Shown in pieces: positions 28,256 through 37,813 of a stretch of 49,523 bases of DNA. The stretch comes from Myxococcales bacterium (GTDB lineage Bacteria > Myxococcota_A > Bradymonadia > UBA7976 > UBA1532). Every line of letters starts with the position of its first letter. Positions within the stretch are counted from its first letter, which is position 1. Both the position numbers and the translations under genes were made by a program. The notes beneath the pieces were generated by a model. It was not told the DNA's origin. It worked only from the letters and a program-made list of their open reading frames with translations, and did no database searches. Location of the stretch: the NCBI GenBank assembly GCA_947488215.1, contig CANLBD010000002.1:1-49523 (forward strand), written 5' to 3'.

Positions 28256-28830
28256 GCGGTCACCTCCGGCGTGCGGTCGAGCAGCGGGGCAAGGTCCTGC
28301 ATCAGCGCTCGGCGCGCGCGGTTCAGCAGCGACTTGACCGCAGCGACGGACGTCTCAAGCGCGTCTGCGATCTCTTCGTACGCCAGCCCCTCATCGTGCT
28401 GCAGCAGCAGCGCTGCGCGCTGATTCGGCGGCAGGCGCCCGACGGCCGCGCGAACGGCGGTTTGCAGGCGGTCGCCTTGCAGCATCTCATCGACCGTCGG
28501 GTTCGATGCGTCGACAGTGGCTTCGTCGGCGACTTCGATCTCGACGCGCGGCGTGCGGTGCTCGGCCCGGCGCAGCTCGTTCAGGCAGTGATTCGTCGCG
28601 ATGCGGTAGAGATAGGCGGCGAAGCGCTCGCTCGGCACGTAGCGCTCTCGGACGCGGTAAATCTTCAGGAGCACGTCCTGCGCGAGCTCCTCGCCGCGGG
28701 CTTGGTCACCGACGAAGCGGACCGTGAACCGCACGAGCGGCGCACGCCAGCGCGCGAACAGCCGCGTGAAGGCGTCGTCGTCGCCGTCGCGCACCAAGCA
28801 CATGAGCGCGGCGTCCTCGTCATTCACCAT
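28252..28830 (-). CDS. ECF RNA polymerase sigma factor
   Basis: DAALM...GDDDAF..L, EELAQDVLLKIY, YLYRIATNHCLNELRR and LPPNQRAALLL...GLAYEEIA...VKSLLNRAR; AGGAG RBS. Confidence 0.93.
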   Translation of the reverse strand: MVNDEDAALMCLVRDGDDDAFTRLFARWRAPLVRFTVRFVGDQARGEELAQDVLLKIYRVRERYVPSERFAAYLYRIATNHCLNELRRAEHRTPRVEIEVADEATVDASNPTVDEMLQGDRLQTAVRAAVGRLPPNQRAALLLQHDEGLAYEEIADALETSVAAVKSLLNRARRALMQDLAPLLDRTPEVTA

Positions 28831-28964
28831 GGAGACCCTCTCCTGCACAGGCTCACCCTCTGCTGGAACACGGGTCGGTCGTCAAGGTTGCGCGGCCCCG
28901 AACAACTAGGCCGCTTTTGATCCGGGGCCGGATCGGATAGGCTGCGGCCCCTTTACAGGTCGAG

Positions 28965-30899
28965 GTGGCCAAGATGTCAGAGCAAGGAACGCCCGACGTG
29001 AACGAGGCGTGGTCTTCGGCCCGGAGTGCAGCGCTCTACCAGATCGATGGCTGGGGTGAGCCTTACTTCTCGGTCAACGCGCAGGGGCACGTCGAGGTGC
29101 GGCCCGACCCACGCCTCGACCGCCGCATCGACCTCTACGAGCTGGTCCATGACCTCAAGGAGCGCGGCCTGGCGATGCCGCTGCTCATCCGATTTTCGGA
29201 CATCCTCGCCGACCGCATTCGGCGGTTGAACGAGGCGTTCGCCAAGGCCATCGTGGAGTACGACTACGCAGGGACCTACCAAGGCGTCTACCCGGTCAAG
29301 GTCAACCAGCAGCGCCACGTGGTCGAGGAGATCGTCGAGTACGGACGCCCCTGGAACTTCGGCCTTGAGGCGGGCTCGAAGCCTGAGCTGCTGATCGCGC
29401 TCGCCGCGAGCCAAGACCCGGGCGGCCTGATCATTTGCAACGGCTACAAGGACGACCAGTACATCGAGACCGCGATCCTCGCGAAGGGCTTCGACAAGAA
29501 GGTCGTCATCGTCCTCGAGCGCCTCGAGGAGCTCGACATCGCCTTCAAGGCGGCCGAGAAGCTCGGCATTCGGCCCTTGCTCGGCGTGCGCGGCAAGCTG
29601 ACAGCGAAGGGCGTCGGCCGGTGGGCCGACTCAGCGGGCGACCGTGCCAAGTTTGGCCTCACGGCGACCGAGATCGTCGAGGTCGTCGACCGGCTTCAAG
29701 AGCGCGGGATGCTCGACTGCCTTCAGCTGCTGCACTTCCACATCGGGAGCCAGATCTCGAGCATTCGCCCAATTAAGACGGCGATGCGGGAGGCGACGCA
29801 CATCTTCGTCGAGCTGGCACGCATGGGCGCGCCGATGACGTACCTCGACGTCGGCGGTGGCTTGGCCGTGGACTACGACGGCTCGAAGACGGACTTTCAC
29901 GCGTCTCGGAACTACGACATTCAGGAGTACGCGTACGACGTCGTGCACGCGATCGGCGAGGCCTGCAAGGACGCGAACCTGCCCGTGCCCACGATCGTCA
30001 GCGAGAGTGGCCGGGCTGTCGTAGCGCACCAGTCGGTCCTCGTCTTCGAGGTCGTGGGCGTCAGCGAGTTCCCGATTCGAGCGGCCGTGCCCCCGCCGCC
30101 CGGCAGCAACAAGGTGCTGCGCGACCTGTACGACGCCTGCATGGGCGCGACCGCCGCGAACATGCAGGAGACGTGGCATGACGCCAGCCAAGCGAAGGAG
30201 GAGGCCTTTACCCTCTTCAAGCTCGGCTACCTCACGCTGCGCGAGCGAGCCGAGGTGGAGCGTCTCTTCTGGGCTTGCTGCGGGCGCCTGCTTGAGCTGG
30301 TGCGCGGGATGAAGACCGTGCCCGAGGAGCTCCAGGACCTTGAGCGCGTGGTCGCAGCGATCTATTACTGCAACTTCTCGGTCTTTCAGTCCGCGCCGGA
30401 TAGCTGGGCGATCGACCAGCTCTTCCCCGTGATGCCGATTCACCGCTTGAACGAGACGCCGACGAAGCGCGCGACGCTCGCCGACCTGACCTGCGACAGC
30501 GATGGCTGCATCGACAAGTTCATCGACGTGCAAGACGTCAAGCACGTGCTTGAGCTGCACAAGTGGGACCCCGCGCAGCCCTACTACTTGGGTATCTTCT
30601 TGAACGGCGCGTACCAGGAGATCTTGGGGGACCTGCACAACCTGTTCGGCGACACGAACGCGGTGCACGTCCAGCTCGGTCGCGAGGGGTACCACGTCGC
30701 GCACGTGGTCAAGGGGGACAGCATCAGCGAGGTGCTGCACTACGTTCAGTACAACCCCGAGGCCATGGTCGAGAGCGTCCGCCGTCAGGCGGAGCGGGCG
30801 CTCCGGAGCGGTCACATCACGCTGCCGCAGGTGCGTATGCTCATCCGCCACTACGAAGACAGCCTCTCGTCCTACACTTACCTCACGGATGATGAATGA
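28965..30899 (+). CDS. speA: Biosynthetic arginine decarboxylase
   Basis: YPVKVNQ (PLP lysine), GLEAGSKPEL, CNGYKD, HFHIGSQI, DVGGGLAVDYDGS, SESGRA, TCDSDG and GAYQEILGDLHNLFG. Start 28965 or 28974. Confidence 0.96.
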   Translation: MAKMSEQGTPDVNEAWSSARSAALYQIDGWGEPYFSVNAQGHVEVRPDPRLDRRIDLYELVHDLKERGLAMPLLIRFSDILADRIRRLNEAFAKAIVEYDYAGTYQGVYPVKVNQQRHVVEEIVEYGRPWNFGLEAGSKPELLIALAASQDPGGLIICNGYKDDQYIETAILAKGFDKKVVIVLERLEELDIAFKAAEKLGIRPLLGVRGKLTAKGVGRWADSAGDRAKFGLTATEIVEVVDRLQERGMLDCLQLLHFHIGSQISSIRPIKTAMREATHIFVELARMGAPMTYLDVGGGLAVDYDGSKTDFHASRNYDIQEYAYDVVHAIGEACKDANLPVPTIVSESGRAVVAHQSVLVFEVVGVSEFPIRAAVPPPPGSNKVLRDLYDACMGATAANMQETWHDASQAKEEAFTLFKLGYLTLRERAEVERLFWACCGRLLELVRGMKTVPEELQDLERVVAAIYYCNFSVFQSAPDSWAIDQLFPVMPIHRLNETPTKRATLADLTCDSDGCIDKFIDVQDVKHVLELHKWDPAQPYYLGIFLNGAYQEILGDLHNLFGDTNAVHVQLGREGYHVAHVVKGDSISEVLHYVQYNPEAMVESVRRQAERALRSGHITLPQVRMLIRHYEDSLSSYTYLTDDE

Positions 30900-31354
30900 A
30901 CGCCCTCGACATTCCTCAGGCCAATAGCCTCGACCGTATCCGCGACGTCGTCGCCGCCGTGAACGACGGCAACAAGGCGCATCCTGGCATCGGCAAGCGC
31001 ACGGGTCTCTCGACGCGGCACGTCGCGTACCATGTCCAAGCGGCGCGCGTACTCGGCTGGGTCGAGGGCAAGAACGGTGAGCTCGCGTCGACCGCCTCGG
31101 GCCAGAAGCTCCTCACCCTGCCCGTGGGTGACCCGACTGAGCGCGCACACATGCGAGCGTCGCTTGAGCGGTCGCTCATCGGCAAGGCGCTCTCGCCCAA
31201 TCTACTCACCCTCGACCAGCCAGCGGTCGAGGCGATCGCTGCGCGCATTCGCGAGGTCGCTGAGCTCTCCGAGATGACGGCGAAGCGACGCGCGCAGACG
31301 CTGCTGTCGTGGCGCAAGCGCATCGTCGGTGAGCAGTTGGCGCTGCCGCTCTGA
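30896..31354 (+). CDS. Small winged-helix-like protein of unknown function
   Basis: ATGA overlap with speA; motifs IPQANSLDRI, RHVAYHVQAARVLGWV and TAKRRAQTLLSW. Confidence 0.75.
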   Translation: MNALDIPQANSLDRIRDVVAAVNDGNKAHPGIGKRTGLSTRHVAYHVQAARVLGWVEGKNGELASTASGQKLLTLPVGDPTERAHMRASLERSLIGKALSPNLLTLDQPAVEAIAARIREVAELSEMTAKRRAQTLLSWRKRIVGEQLALPL

Positions 31355-31361
31355 GGCCTCG

Positions 31362-32963
31362 ATGAGCCAGCGCGCCCGCAGCTTCTGGTCGTGGGGCTGG
31401 GAGGACCGCTTCCCCGACGCGGCCGGTCAGCGCGCGCTGGCTGGCCAGATTCACGGCCTCTTGGGTCTCGAGCCTGACGCTCCGCGTCGGCCGCCCGAGA
31501 TGTCGGACGCCCTGCTCGATCCGCCCCGCGTCACCCCGCCCGAGTCTTTGTGGACCTTCTGCACGACGGCCGCCCGCAACCGTATTCGGCACACCTACGG
31601 CCGCGCGTGGCGCGACCAGATGCGTGGCTTCAACGCGGACTTTCGTGCGGCGCCCGACTGCGTAGCGCTGCCGGAGAGCGAGGCACACCTTGAGCAGCTC
31701 TTCGAGTGGTGCACCCGCGAACGCGTTGCGCTCGTCCCTTGGGGCGGCGGGACGAGCGTCGTCGGTGGGCTCGAGGTGCCGCGGCTCTCGCGGCACACCG
31801 GCGTCGTCTGTGTTGACCTCGCGCGCTTTGGCAAGGTGCTGGAGATCGACGACGTATCGAACGTCGCGCGCATTCAGGCCGGCGCCCTCGGGCCTGCGAT
31901 AGAGGCCGCGCTCGCGCCCAAGGGCCTGACGCTGCGTCACTTCCCGCAGTCGTTCGAGTTCTCGACCTTTGGCGGCTGGGTCGCGACCCGCGCTGGTGGT
32001 CACTTCGCGACTCAGTACACGCACATCGACGACCTCTTGCAGAGCGTTCGCATGGTGACGCCAGCCGGCGTGGTCGAGACGCGCCGCGTGCCCGCCTCGG
32101 GCGCGGGTCCGGCGCCGGAGCGCCTCATTCTGGGCTCCGAGGGGGCGCTCGGGGTGGTCACCGAGGGCTGGGCGCGCGTCAGGCCGCGTCCTCGTTGGCG
32201 CGGGACCGCCACGGCGGTGTTCGACACCTTCGAGCAGGGTGTAGCGGCAGCGCGCGCGTTGGCGCAGAGCGGCCTGAACCCGACGAACTGTCGGCTCATC
32301 GATGGCGTCGAGGCTGCGCTCAACGGGGTCTCTCTTGACGGGCGGCCCGTCTTGATCATCGGCTTCGAGTCGGGCGTCGCCGATGTCTCCCCGCTCTTGG
32401 ACATCGCCGTGGAGTGCGCGCGGGCCCAGGGGGGGCACTTTGCGCGACCGCCGACGGTCAGGACGGTTGACCCCCAGGGGGACCCGGGCGCGGACGCGTG
32501 GCGCGCGGCCTTCGTCGAGGCGCCGTATCTGCAATCGGCGCTTCTGAGCATGGGCATCATGGCGGACACGTTCGAGACAGCGTGCACCTGGCGCAGCTTT
32601 CCCGAAGTGCACGCCGCGGTCGTCCGCGATGTCACGGAGGCCCTGAACGACGTCTGCGGCGGCGGTCGCGTGACGTGCCGCTTCACCCATGTCTACCCAG
32701 ACGGGCCAGCGCCTTACTACACGTTCATGGGCCGCGTCCGCCGGGGGAGTGAGCTCACGCAGTGGGCCGAGGTCAAGGCCGCTGCGTCCGAGGCGCTGCT
32801 GGCACATGGCGCGACGATCACGCACCACCACGCAGTCGGTCGCACCCATCGACCCTGGTACGACCGTGAGGTCGGCGTCGTCTACGGGCGCGCCCTCAAG
32901 GCCGTCAAGCGCGCGCTCGACCCCGCGGGCATCCTGAACCCCGGGGTGTTGGTCGATGTCTAG
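31362..32963 (+). CDS. FAD-linked oxidoreductase, alkyl-dihydroxyacetonephosphate synthase-like (VAO/PCMH family)
   Basis: PWGGGTSVVGG, LRHFPQSFEFSTFGGWVATRAGG, GSEGALGVVTE, DTFETA, THVYPDG, THHHAVG and DPAGILNPG. Confidence 0.85.
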   Translation: MSQRARSFWSWGWEDRFPDAAGQRALAGQIHGLLGLEPDAPRRPPEMSDALLDPPRVTPPESLWTFCTTAARNRIRHTYGRAWRDQMRGFNADFRAAPDCVALPESEAHLEQLFEWCTRERVALVPWGGGTSVVGGLEVPRLSRHTGVVCVDLARFGKVLEIDDVSNVARIQAGALGPAIEAALAPKGLTLRHFPQSFEFSTFGGWVATRAGGHFATQYTHIDDLLQSVRMVTPAGVVETRRVPASGAGPAPERLILGSEGALGVVTEGWARVRPRPRWRGTATAVFDTFEQGVAAARALAQSGLNPTNCRLIDGVEAALNGVSLDGRPVLIIGFESGVADVSPLLDIAVECARAQGGHFARPPTVRTVDPQGDPGADAWRAAFVEAPYLQSALLSMGIMADTFETACTWRSFPEVHAAVVRDVTEALNDVCGGGRVTCRFTHVYPDGPAPYYTFMGRVRRGSELTQWAEVKAAASEALLAHGATITHHHAVGRTHRPWYDREVGVVYGRALKAVKRALDPAGILNPGVLVDV

Positions 32964-34176
32964 CGTGCAAGGGATCGGCGCGGTCCGCAGCCTGCTCGCC
33001 GCGTCTCTCGGCTTCCTCTTTGCGGCGACCGACATCGTCTTGCTCATCTTCTTTCAGCAGGAGATCGCTGAGGCGCTCGGGGTCCCGCTCGCGCAGGTCC
33101 GCATCGCGATCGGCGTCGGCCTGCTCGGGAGCGCGGTGGGTGGTCTCGTGTTCGCGCCGCTCGGAGACCGTTACGGGCGTGTCCGCGCGCTCGGGTGGTC
33201 CGTCGCGCTCTACTCAGTCGCGACGGGGCTGATGTCCTTCGTACCGTCGATGGGCGCGCTCTTCGCCTTGCGCTTCATCGCGGGCGTGGGGACGGGCGGC
33301 GAGTGGTCGCTGGGGTTCGCGCAGGTCGCGGAGGCCTGGCCGAGCGCCGGGCGGGGCGCGCGCGGTGGCCTCGTGACCGGCATGTTCAACCTCGGGACCT
33401 TCGTGGCCATCGCGCTCTACCACTCGGGCCTATCGTGGCGCGCCGCGTTCGCGCTCATGTTCCTGCCGGGTCTGCTCGGCCTGTGGCTACGCCGGCAGGT
33501 CCCGGAGTCGGCGGCGTTCCAAGCGGTTGGGGCGTCTCGCGCGGTCAGCTCACCTCTGCGCGAGGTGCTCGGCCCTGCGCATCGGGGCCTCGTCGCGCGG
33601 CTCACTCTGCTCTTCGCGCTCCTCAACTTCGGCTTCTACGGCTTCTCGACACTGTTCATGCAGTTCCTGAGCGCGCCTGTTGACCAAGGCGGGCTCGCAC
33701 TCGCGCGCGCGGACGAGCTGCCCTTCCACCTGGTGCTGAACCTCTCGGCGCTCCTGGGCGTCCTCACCGCCGGCGCCGCGTCCGACCGATGGGGGCGACG
33801 CGGCGCGTTCACTGTGTGGGCAGGCCTCGGCGCGCTCGCGTTCGCGGCGCTCTCGTCGCTCATGGACGCCCCCGAGGCGTCGCTTGCGCTGACGCTGACC
33901 TTCGGTCTGTGCTGCTTCGCCTTCGGCGTGAACGGGATCATCGGCGCGTGGACGCCGGAGCTCTTCCCGACGGCCGTGCGTGCGACAGGACCGGGGCTTT
34001 GCCAGAATCTGGGCAAGGGTGTCGGTGGGCTCGCCGGCCCGATCGTCGCGGGGCGTCTGGTCGACGCGCACGGCTACTCGGTGGTCTTTCTCGGTCCGGC
34101 TTTGCTCTTCGCGCTGTGCGCCGCGTGGGTCTGGACTTTTCCACGCGTCGACGGCCGCGCGCTCGACCAGGAGTGA
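32956..34176 (+). CDS. MFS transporter (sugar/aromatic acid-type)
   Basis: GDRYGRVR, RFIAGVGTGGEW, SDRWGRR and ELFPTAVRATG; about 12 TM; overlaps the upstream stop. Confidence 0.88.
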   Translation: MSSVQGIGAVRSLLAASLGFLFAATDIVLLIFFQQEIAEALGVPLAQVRIAIGVGLLGSAVGGLVFAPLGDRYGRVRALGWSVALYSVATGLMSFVPSMGALFALRFIAGVGTGGEWSLGFAQVAEAWPSAGRGARGGLVTGMFNLGTFVAIALYHSGLSWRAAFALMFLPGLLGLWLRRQVPESAAFQAVGASRAVSSPLREVLGPAHRGLVARLTLLFALLNFGFYGFSTLFMQFLSAPVDQGGLALARADELPFHLVLNLSALLGVLTAGAASDRWGRRGAFTVWAGLGALAFAALSSLMDAPEASLALTLTFGLCCFAFGVNGIIGAWTPELFPTAVRATGPGLCQNLGKGVGGLAGPIVAGRLVDAHGYSVVFLGPALLFALCAAWVWTFPRVDGRALDQE

Positions 34177-34180
34177 GGCG

Positions 34181-36814
34181 ATGAGGTCAGTTCAACGATG
34201 GGGTGGGGGACTTGCCGTTGCGGCGTCCATCTTCGGCGCGGGGTGTGGTTCCCACGACGCCGCTCCCGATGCCCGCGCATCGCGCGACGCCCTGCTCGAC
34301 CTCGACGCTGAGGTCCGGCTCGACGCTGAGGTCCGGCTCGACGCTGAGGTCCCGCTCGACGCTGAGGTCCCGCTCGACGCTGCGAATCCAGACGCTGGTG
34401 GCCGACGTGCCGCGGTTCAGCCCACGCGCGGCGCGGCCGACCTGATGGGGGCGAGCGACCTGAGTGCGCCTGTGCCGCCTGGACGGTCCCGCGCAGGCCG
34501 CGTCGACGTCGACGCCGAGCGTCTGACAGGCCCCGAGGCAAACTGCCGCATCGGCGACTTCCGGCTCGACAACGCGCGCGTCCACACCTGCATTCAGGAC
34601 ACTGACACCTTCAGCATCTTCTCGTTCGGCGGCGGCACGCTCATCGACGCGCACCGTGCGGACCGGCCGGGCAGCGACCTCTTGCTCGAGGTCATCTTCT
34701 CACCCGGCCTCGGCGCCCCGTCCGCGGAGCAGGTCGGCATCGTGCGGGACGGCTCGGATGGCGGGCCCGCGATCTTGCGTGTCGTGGGTCGAGCGCTCCC
34801 GAGCCGCCTGCTGCAAGGCGTCCTTCCGGGCGCGTTTCTCCCGCCGGATTTCGCGGTGACGACCGAGTTCGTGCTCTTCCCCGACAGCGACGCGGTGGAG
34901 ATCAACACGTGGATCGAGGCGGACGTGACCGGCGGCAGCGCGCTGCTGGCCGACGCTGTCTTCTTCGGGGACCGCACCACCACGCTTATCCCTGGTCGCC
35001 GCGCGGACGAGCAGCCGCTCGGCGACCTGCCGTGGCTCGCTGCGGACGGTCCGGGCGCGGCGTATCGGTACGAAGCGCTCGATGGTTCGCCGATCCAGCT
35101 CGTGCCGGTGCCTGCGGATGCGTTGCCGACCAGCCCTGTCAGCTTCGGCACGCAGGGCCTCTTTCGCGGCGACCAGGTCGTGATTCGGCGTCGCTTGGTC
35201 ATCGGCGCGGACGACATCGAGTCGGTTCGACCCGCGCCCCCAGACGCGCCGCTCACCACGCTCGTGGGCCCAGCGGGCGCGTGGATCGGCATCACGGACC
35301 TCGAGGATCGCGAGGTCACGCGGGTCCGGTTGGATGCGACCGGTCGCGGTCGTGTCGCGCTCAGCCCGGGCCGGTGGCGATGGCGCCTCGTCGACGAGCC
35401 GACGCGGCCCGCGGGTGAGCTCGAGGCGGGCGGAGAGGTCGCGCTGGACGCTCCAGAGCGGGGTCAGGTCCGCGTGACAACGCGGGACCAGAACGGGGTG
35501 GGGATCGCGGCGCGTGTCGAGCTCATACGCGACGACGGTGAGCGACGCCTCGACTTCATCGTCGACGCAGGCACGATGCGGGTCCCCCCGGGTCGCTGGC
35601 GGGCCGTAACGACCCGCGGCTGGTACTTTGACGCGGACGAGCGGACCCTCGACGTCCCTGCCGGCGGCGACGTAACGCTTGACGTCGTGCTGACCGAGGT
35701 CATCCCGTTCGAGGGCTGGACGACCGGAGAGTTTCACCAACACGCCAGCCCGAGCATCGACTCCGAGGTCGCCGTCGAGCGACGGGTGCTGTCGAACCTG
35801 GCCGAGGGGGTGGGCTTCTTTGCGCCCAGTGAGCACGACGTCGTCTACGACTTTCGACCGGTGGTCGAGCGCATGGGGCTGTCCGACCGCGTGCGCGTGC
35901 TGACAGGAACCGAAATATCGCCTCTTTACGGGCACTTCGGTGCCTACGGCCTCGAGCCGCAGCCGGACGCCTCGGGTTTCGGCGCGATCGTCTTGCCCGT
36001 GCTCGAAGGGGGGCGTTGGCGTGTGAAGCAGGCGCCTGAGCTGGTCGCGGATGCTCGGGCGCGCGGCGCCGAGGTGCTGCAGATCAATCACGCTCGCGAG
36101 GGGACGTCGGCATACTTCGACCATATCGGCCTCGTCGCGGGCGCGCCGCTGGAGCTGCTCGATCCGGTCGAGTTCACGCGCGACTTCGACACCATGGAGG
36201 TCTTCAACGAGCCGAGCGCCTTCTGTCGACTCTTCGAGGACTGGCTGTCCGTGTGGAATCAGGGCTGGCGCATCACTGCGGTCGGCAACAGCGACACCCA
36301 CAGCGAGGGCGGCGCGCCGGGCTATCCGCGCAACGTTTTGCCGACTCTGGCCGACCGGCCCGAAGGTGTAGAGCCGGGAGAGGTCTTCGACGCGCTGCGC
36401 GGCGGCCGGGTGGTCGTGAGCGGTGGCCTCGTGCTGGACTTCCCGGGGAGCGCGGGTCCAGGGGAGGTGCGCTCGCTGCCCGCAGGCACACTTGAGCTGC
36501 GGACACGGATTCGTTCGCCGCGGTGGGCGCGCGCGGAGCGCATCTTCGTCTTCGTCAACGGGCAGCTCGCGCTCGAGCAAGCCGTCGATGTGACGGACGA
36601 ACAGGTCACCGACTTCGACGATACGCTGCGTGTACCTGTCGACCGTGACGCGTGGGTGGTGGTCCTCGCGACCGGTCCCGCGCTGCGCTTCATCGCTCCT
36701 GGGGCACCTGCGTTCGCATTCTCCAACCCCATCGGCGTTGACGTCGATGGGGGCGGCGTCAGCAGCATTGGGCCCGGGCCTGTCCAGCGACCGACGCTTG
36801 CTGTCTGCGACTGA
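34181..36814 (+). CDS. PHP-domain (CehA/McbA-like) metallohydrolase lipoprotein
   Basis: IFGAG-C lipobox; PHP motifs GEFHQHASPSIDS, SEHD, GTEIS..GHF, INHAR, MEVFN and GNSDTH. Confidence 0.82.
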   Translation: MRSVQRWGGGLAVAASIFGAGCGSHDAAPDARASRDALLDLDAEVRLDAEVRLDAEVPLDAEVPLDAANPDAGGRRAAVQPTRGAADLMGASDLSAPVPPGRSRAGRVDVDAERLTGPEANCRIGDFRLDNARVHTCIQDTDTFSIFSFGGGTLIDAHRADRPGSDLLLEVIFSPGLGAPSAEQVGIVRDGSDGGPAILRVVGRALPSRLLQGVLPGAFLPPDFAVTTEFVLFPDSDAVEINTWIEADVTGGSALLADAVFFGDRTTTLIPGRRADEQPLGDLPWLAADGPGAAYRYEALDGSPIQLVPVPADALPTSPVSFGTQGLFRGDQVVIRRRLVIGADDIESVRPAPPDAPLTTLVGPAGAWIGITDLEDREVTRVRLDATGRGRVALSPGRWRWRLVDEPTRPAGELEAGGEVALDAPERGQVRVTTRDQNGVGIAARVELIRDDGERRLDFIVDAGTMRVPPGRWRAVTTRGWYFDADERTLDVPAGGDVTLDVVLTEVIPFEGWTTGEFHQHASPSIDSEVAVERRVLSNLAEGVGFFAPSEHDVVYDFRPVVERMGLSDRVRVLTGTEISPLYGHFGAYGLEPQPDASGFGAIVLPVLEGGRWRVKQAPELVADARARGAEVLQINHAREGTSAYFDHIGLVAGAPLELLDPVEFTRDFDTMEVFNEPSAFCRLFEDWLSVWNQGWRITAVGNSDTHSEGGAPGYPRNVLPTLADRPEGVEPGEVFDALRGGRVVVSGGLVLDFPGSAGPGEVRSLPAGTLELRTRIRSPRWARAERIFVFVNGQLALEQAVDVTDEQVTDFDDTLRVPVDRDAWVVVLATGPALRFIAPGAPAFAFSNPIGVDVDGGGVSSIGPGPVQRPTLAVCD
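34301..34382 (+). repeat. 18-bp coding tandem repeat (LDAEVR/P), about 4.5 copies
   Basis: ctcgacgctgaggtccgg x2, ctcgacgctgaggtcccg x2, then ctcgacgctg; no spacers. Confidence 0.95.
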
Positions 36815-36826
36815 CCGCGCGGTCAC

Positions 36827-37591
36827 TCAGCCGCGGAAGTTGTCTTTCATGCGACGCAGGGCCGACAGCACGTTCGTCAGCGACGTGTTCGGACCGAACC
36901 CGATCGCGCTCACGACCTCAGGCCGGGTCGCTCTCAGGAAGATGTTCGTGCGGCGCTCCTCGCCGAGCAGCGTCGGCACAGTCGGACGGCCCGCCGCGCG
37001 GAGTGCCCTCGCGTGGCCCTCTCGAATCTTCATGGCGTCGTCGTCGGGCAGCAGTCGTCGGGCGAAGCGCAGGTTGTCGAGCGTGTACTCGTGGCCGCAG
37101 CAGACGACCGTCTCGTCCGGCAGGTCCGCGAGGGTGACGTAGAGCGCGACACGCAGGTCATCGGGGGTGCCCTCAAAGAGGCGACCGCAGCCGCCGCTGA
37201 AGAGGGTGTCGCCGCAGAACAGGTGGTTCCCGACGATGTACGCGACGTGCCCCTTCGTGTGGGCAGGGATCGCCCGCATCTCGGCGCTCATGCCGGCGAA
37301 TGAAAATCGGCCAGGCTCGAGCGCCACGTCGAGCGGTGGCAAACGAGCGGCGTCTGCCGCGGGCCCGTACACCTTGACGTTCGGATAGGCCTCGCGGATG
37401 CCCTCGACACCGCCGACGTGGTCTGCGTGATGGTGGGTCAGGAGAACGCCCGTGATCGGCAAGCCCTTGCCACGCGCGGCATAGAGCGCGGGCTCCGCCT
37501 CCCCCGGATCGACGAACCACAGCGTGTCGTCGTCTGCGACGATGAGCCACGCGTAGTTGTCCTTGAGGCACGCGACCGGAACGACCTTCAC
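36827..37591 (-). CDS. gloB: Hydroxyacylglutathione hydrolase (glyoxalase II)
   Basis: DNYAW, THHHADHVGG, HTKGH, FCGDTLFSGGCGRLFEG, GHEYTLDNLRFA and LRRMKDNF. GTG start at 37591 (GGAGG RBS) or 37597. Confidence 0.95.
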   Translation of the reverse strand: MKVVPVACLKDNYAWLIVADDDTLWFVDPGEAEPALYAARGKGLPITGVLLTHHHADHVGGVEGIREAYPNVKVYGPAADAARLPPLDVALEPGRFSFAGMSAEMRAIPAHTKGHVAYIVGNHLFCGDTLFSGGCGRLFEGTPDDLRVALYVTLADLPDETVVCCGHEYTLDNLRFARRLLPDDDAMKIREGHARALRAAGRPTVPTLLGEERRTNIFLRATRPEVVSAIGFGPNTSLTNVLSALRRMKDNFRG

Positions 37592-37615
37592 TCCCACCTC
37601 CAGCGCGATGACGGC

Positions 37616-37644
37616 TTGACGTGCCGCCTCGTCGGGAGCAGACT
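37616..37644 (+). promoter_or_regulatory. Putative sigma70 promoter of the small basic ORF
   Basis: TTGACG (37616-37621), 17-nt spacer, CAGACT (37639-37644). Confidence 0.5.
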
Positions 37645-37687
37645 ATCGCGGCTTTAGTTCCGGAATCGAGAATCGAGGAGACGAAAA

Positions 37688-37813
37688 ATGAAGACTCGTA
37701 AGCAGCGTCGCGTCACCGCCCGCAAGAAGGCCGCTCACAAGCGCAAGGTCAGCAAGGCCACGAGCCGGGTGAAGAGCCTGCTCAAGAAGAAGACGAACGG
37801 CCGCCTCGGCTGA
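37688..37813 (+). CDS. 41-aa highly basic small protein
   Basis: Below the ORF-track cutoff. GAGGAG-N7-ATG; MKTRKQRRVTARKKAAHKRKVSKATSRVKSLLKKKTNGRLG; all Lys codons are AAG; fills the gap between gloB and the next gene. Confidence 0.8.
   Translation: MKTRKQRRVTARKKAAHKRKVSKATSRVKSLLKKKTNGRLG

Noticed and set aside
34301-34382. Possible CRISPR array
   Set aside because: The 18-bp units are contiguous and in frame with no spacers, and no cas genes are present.
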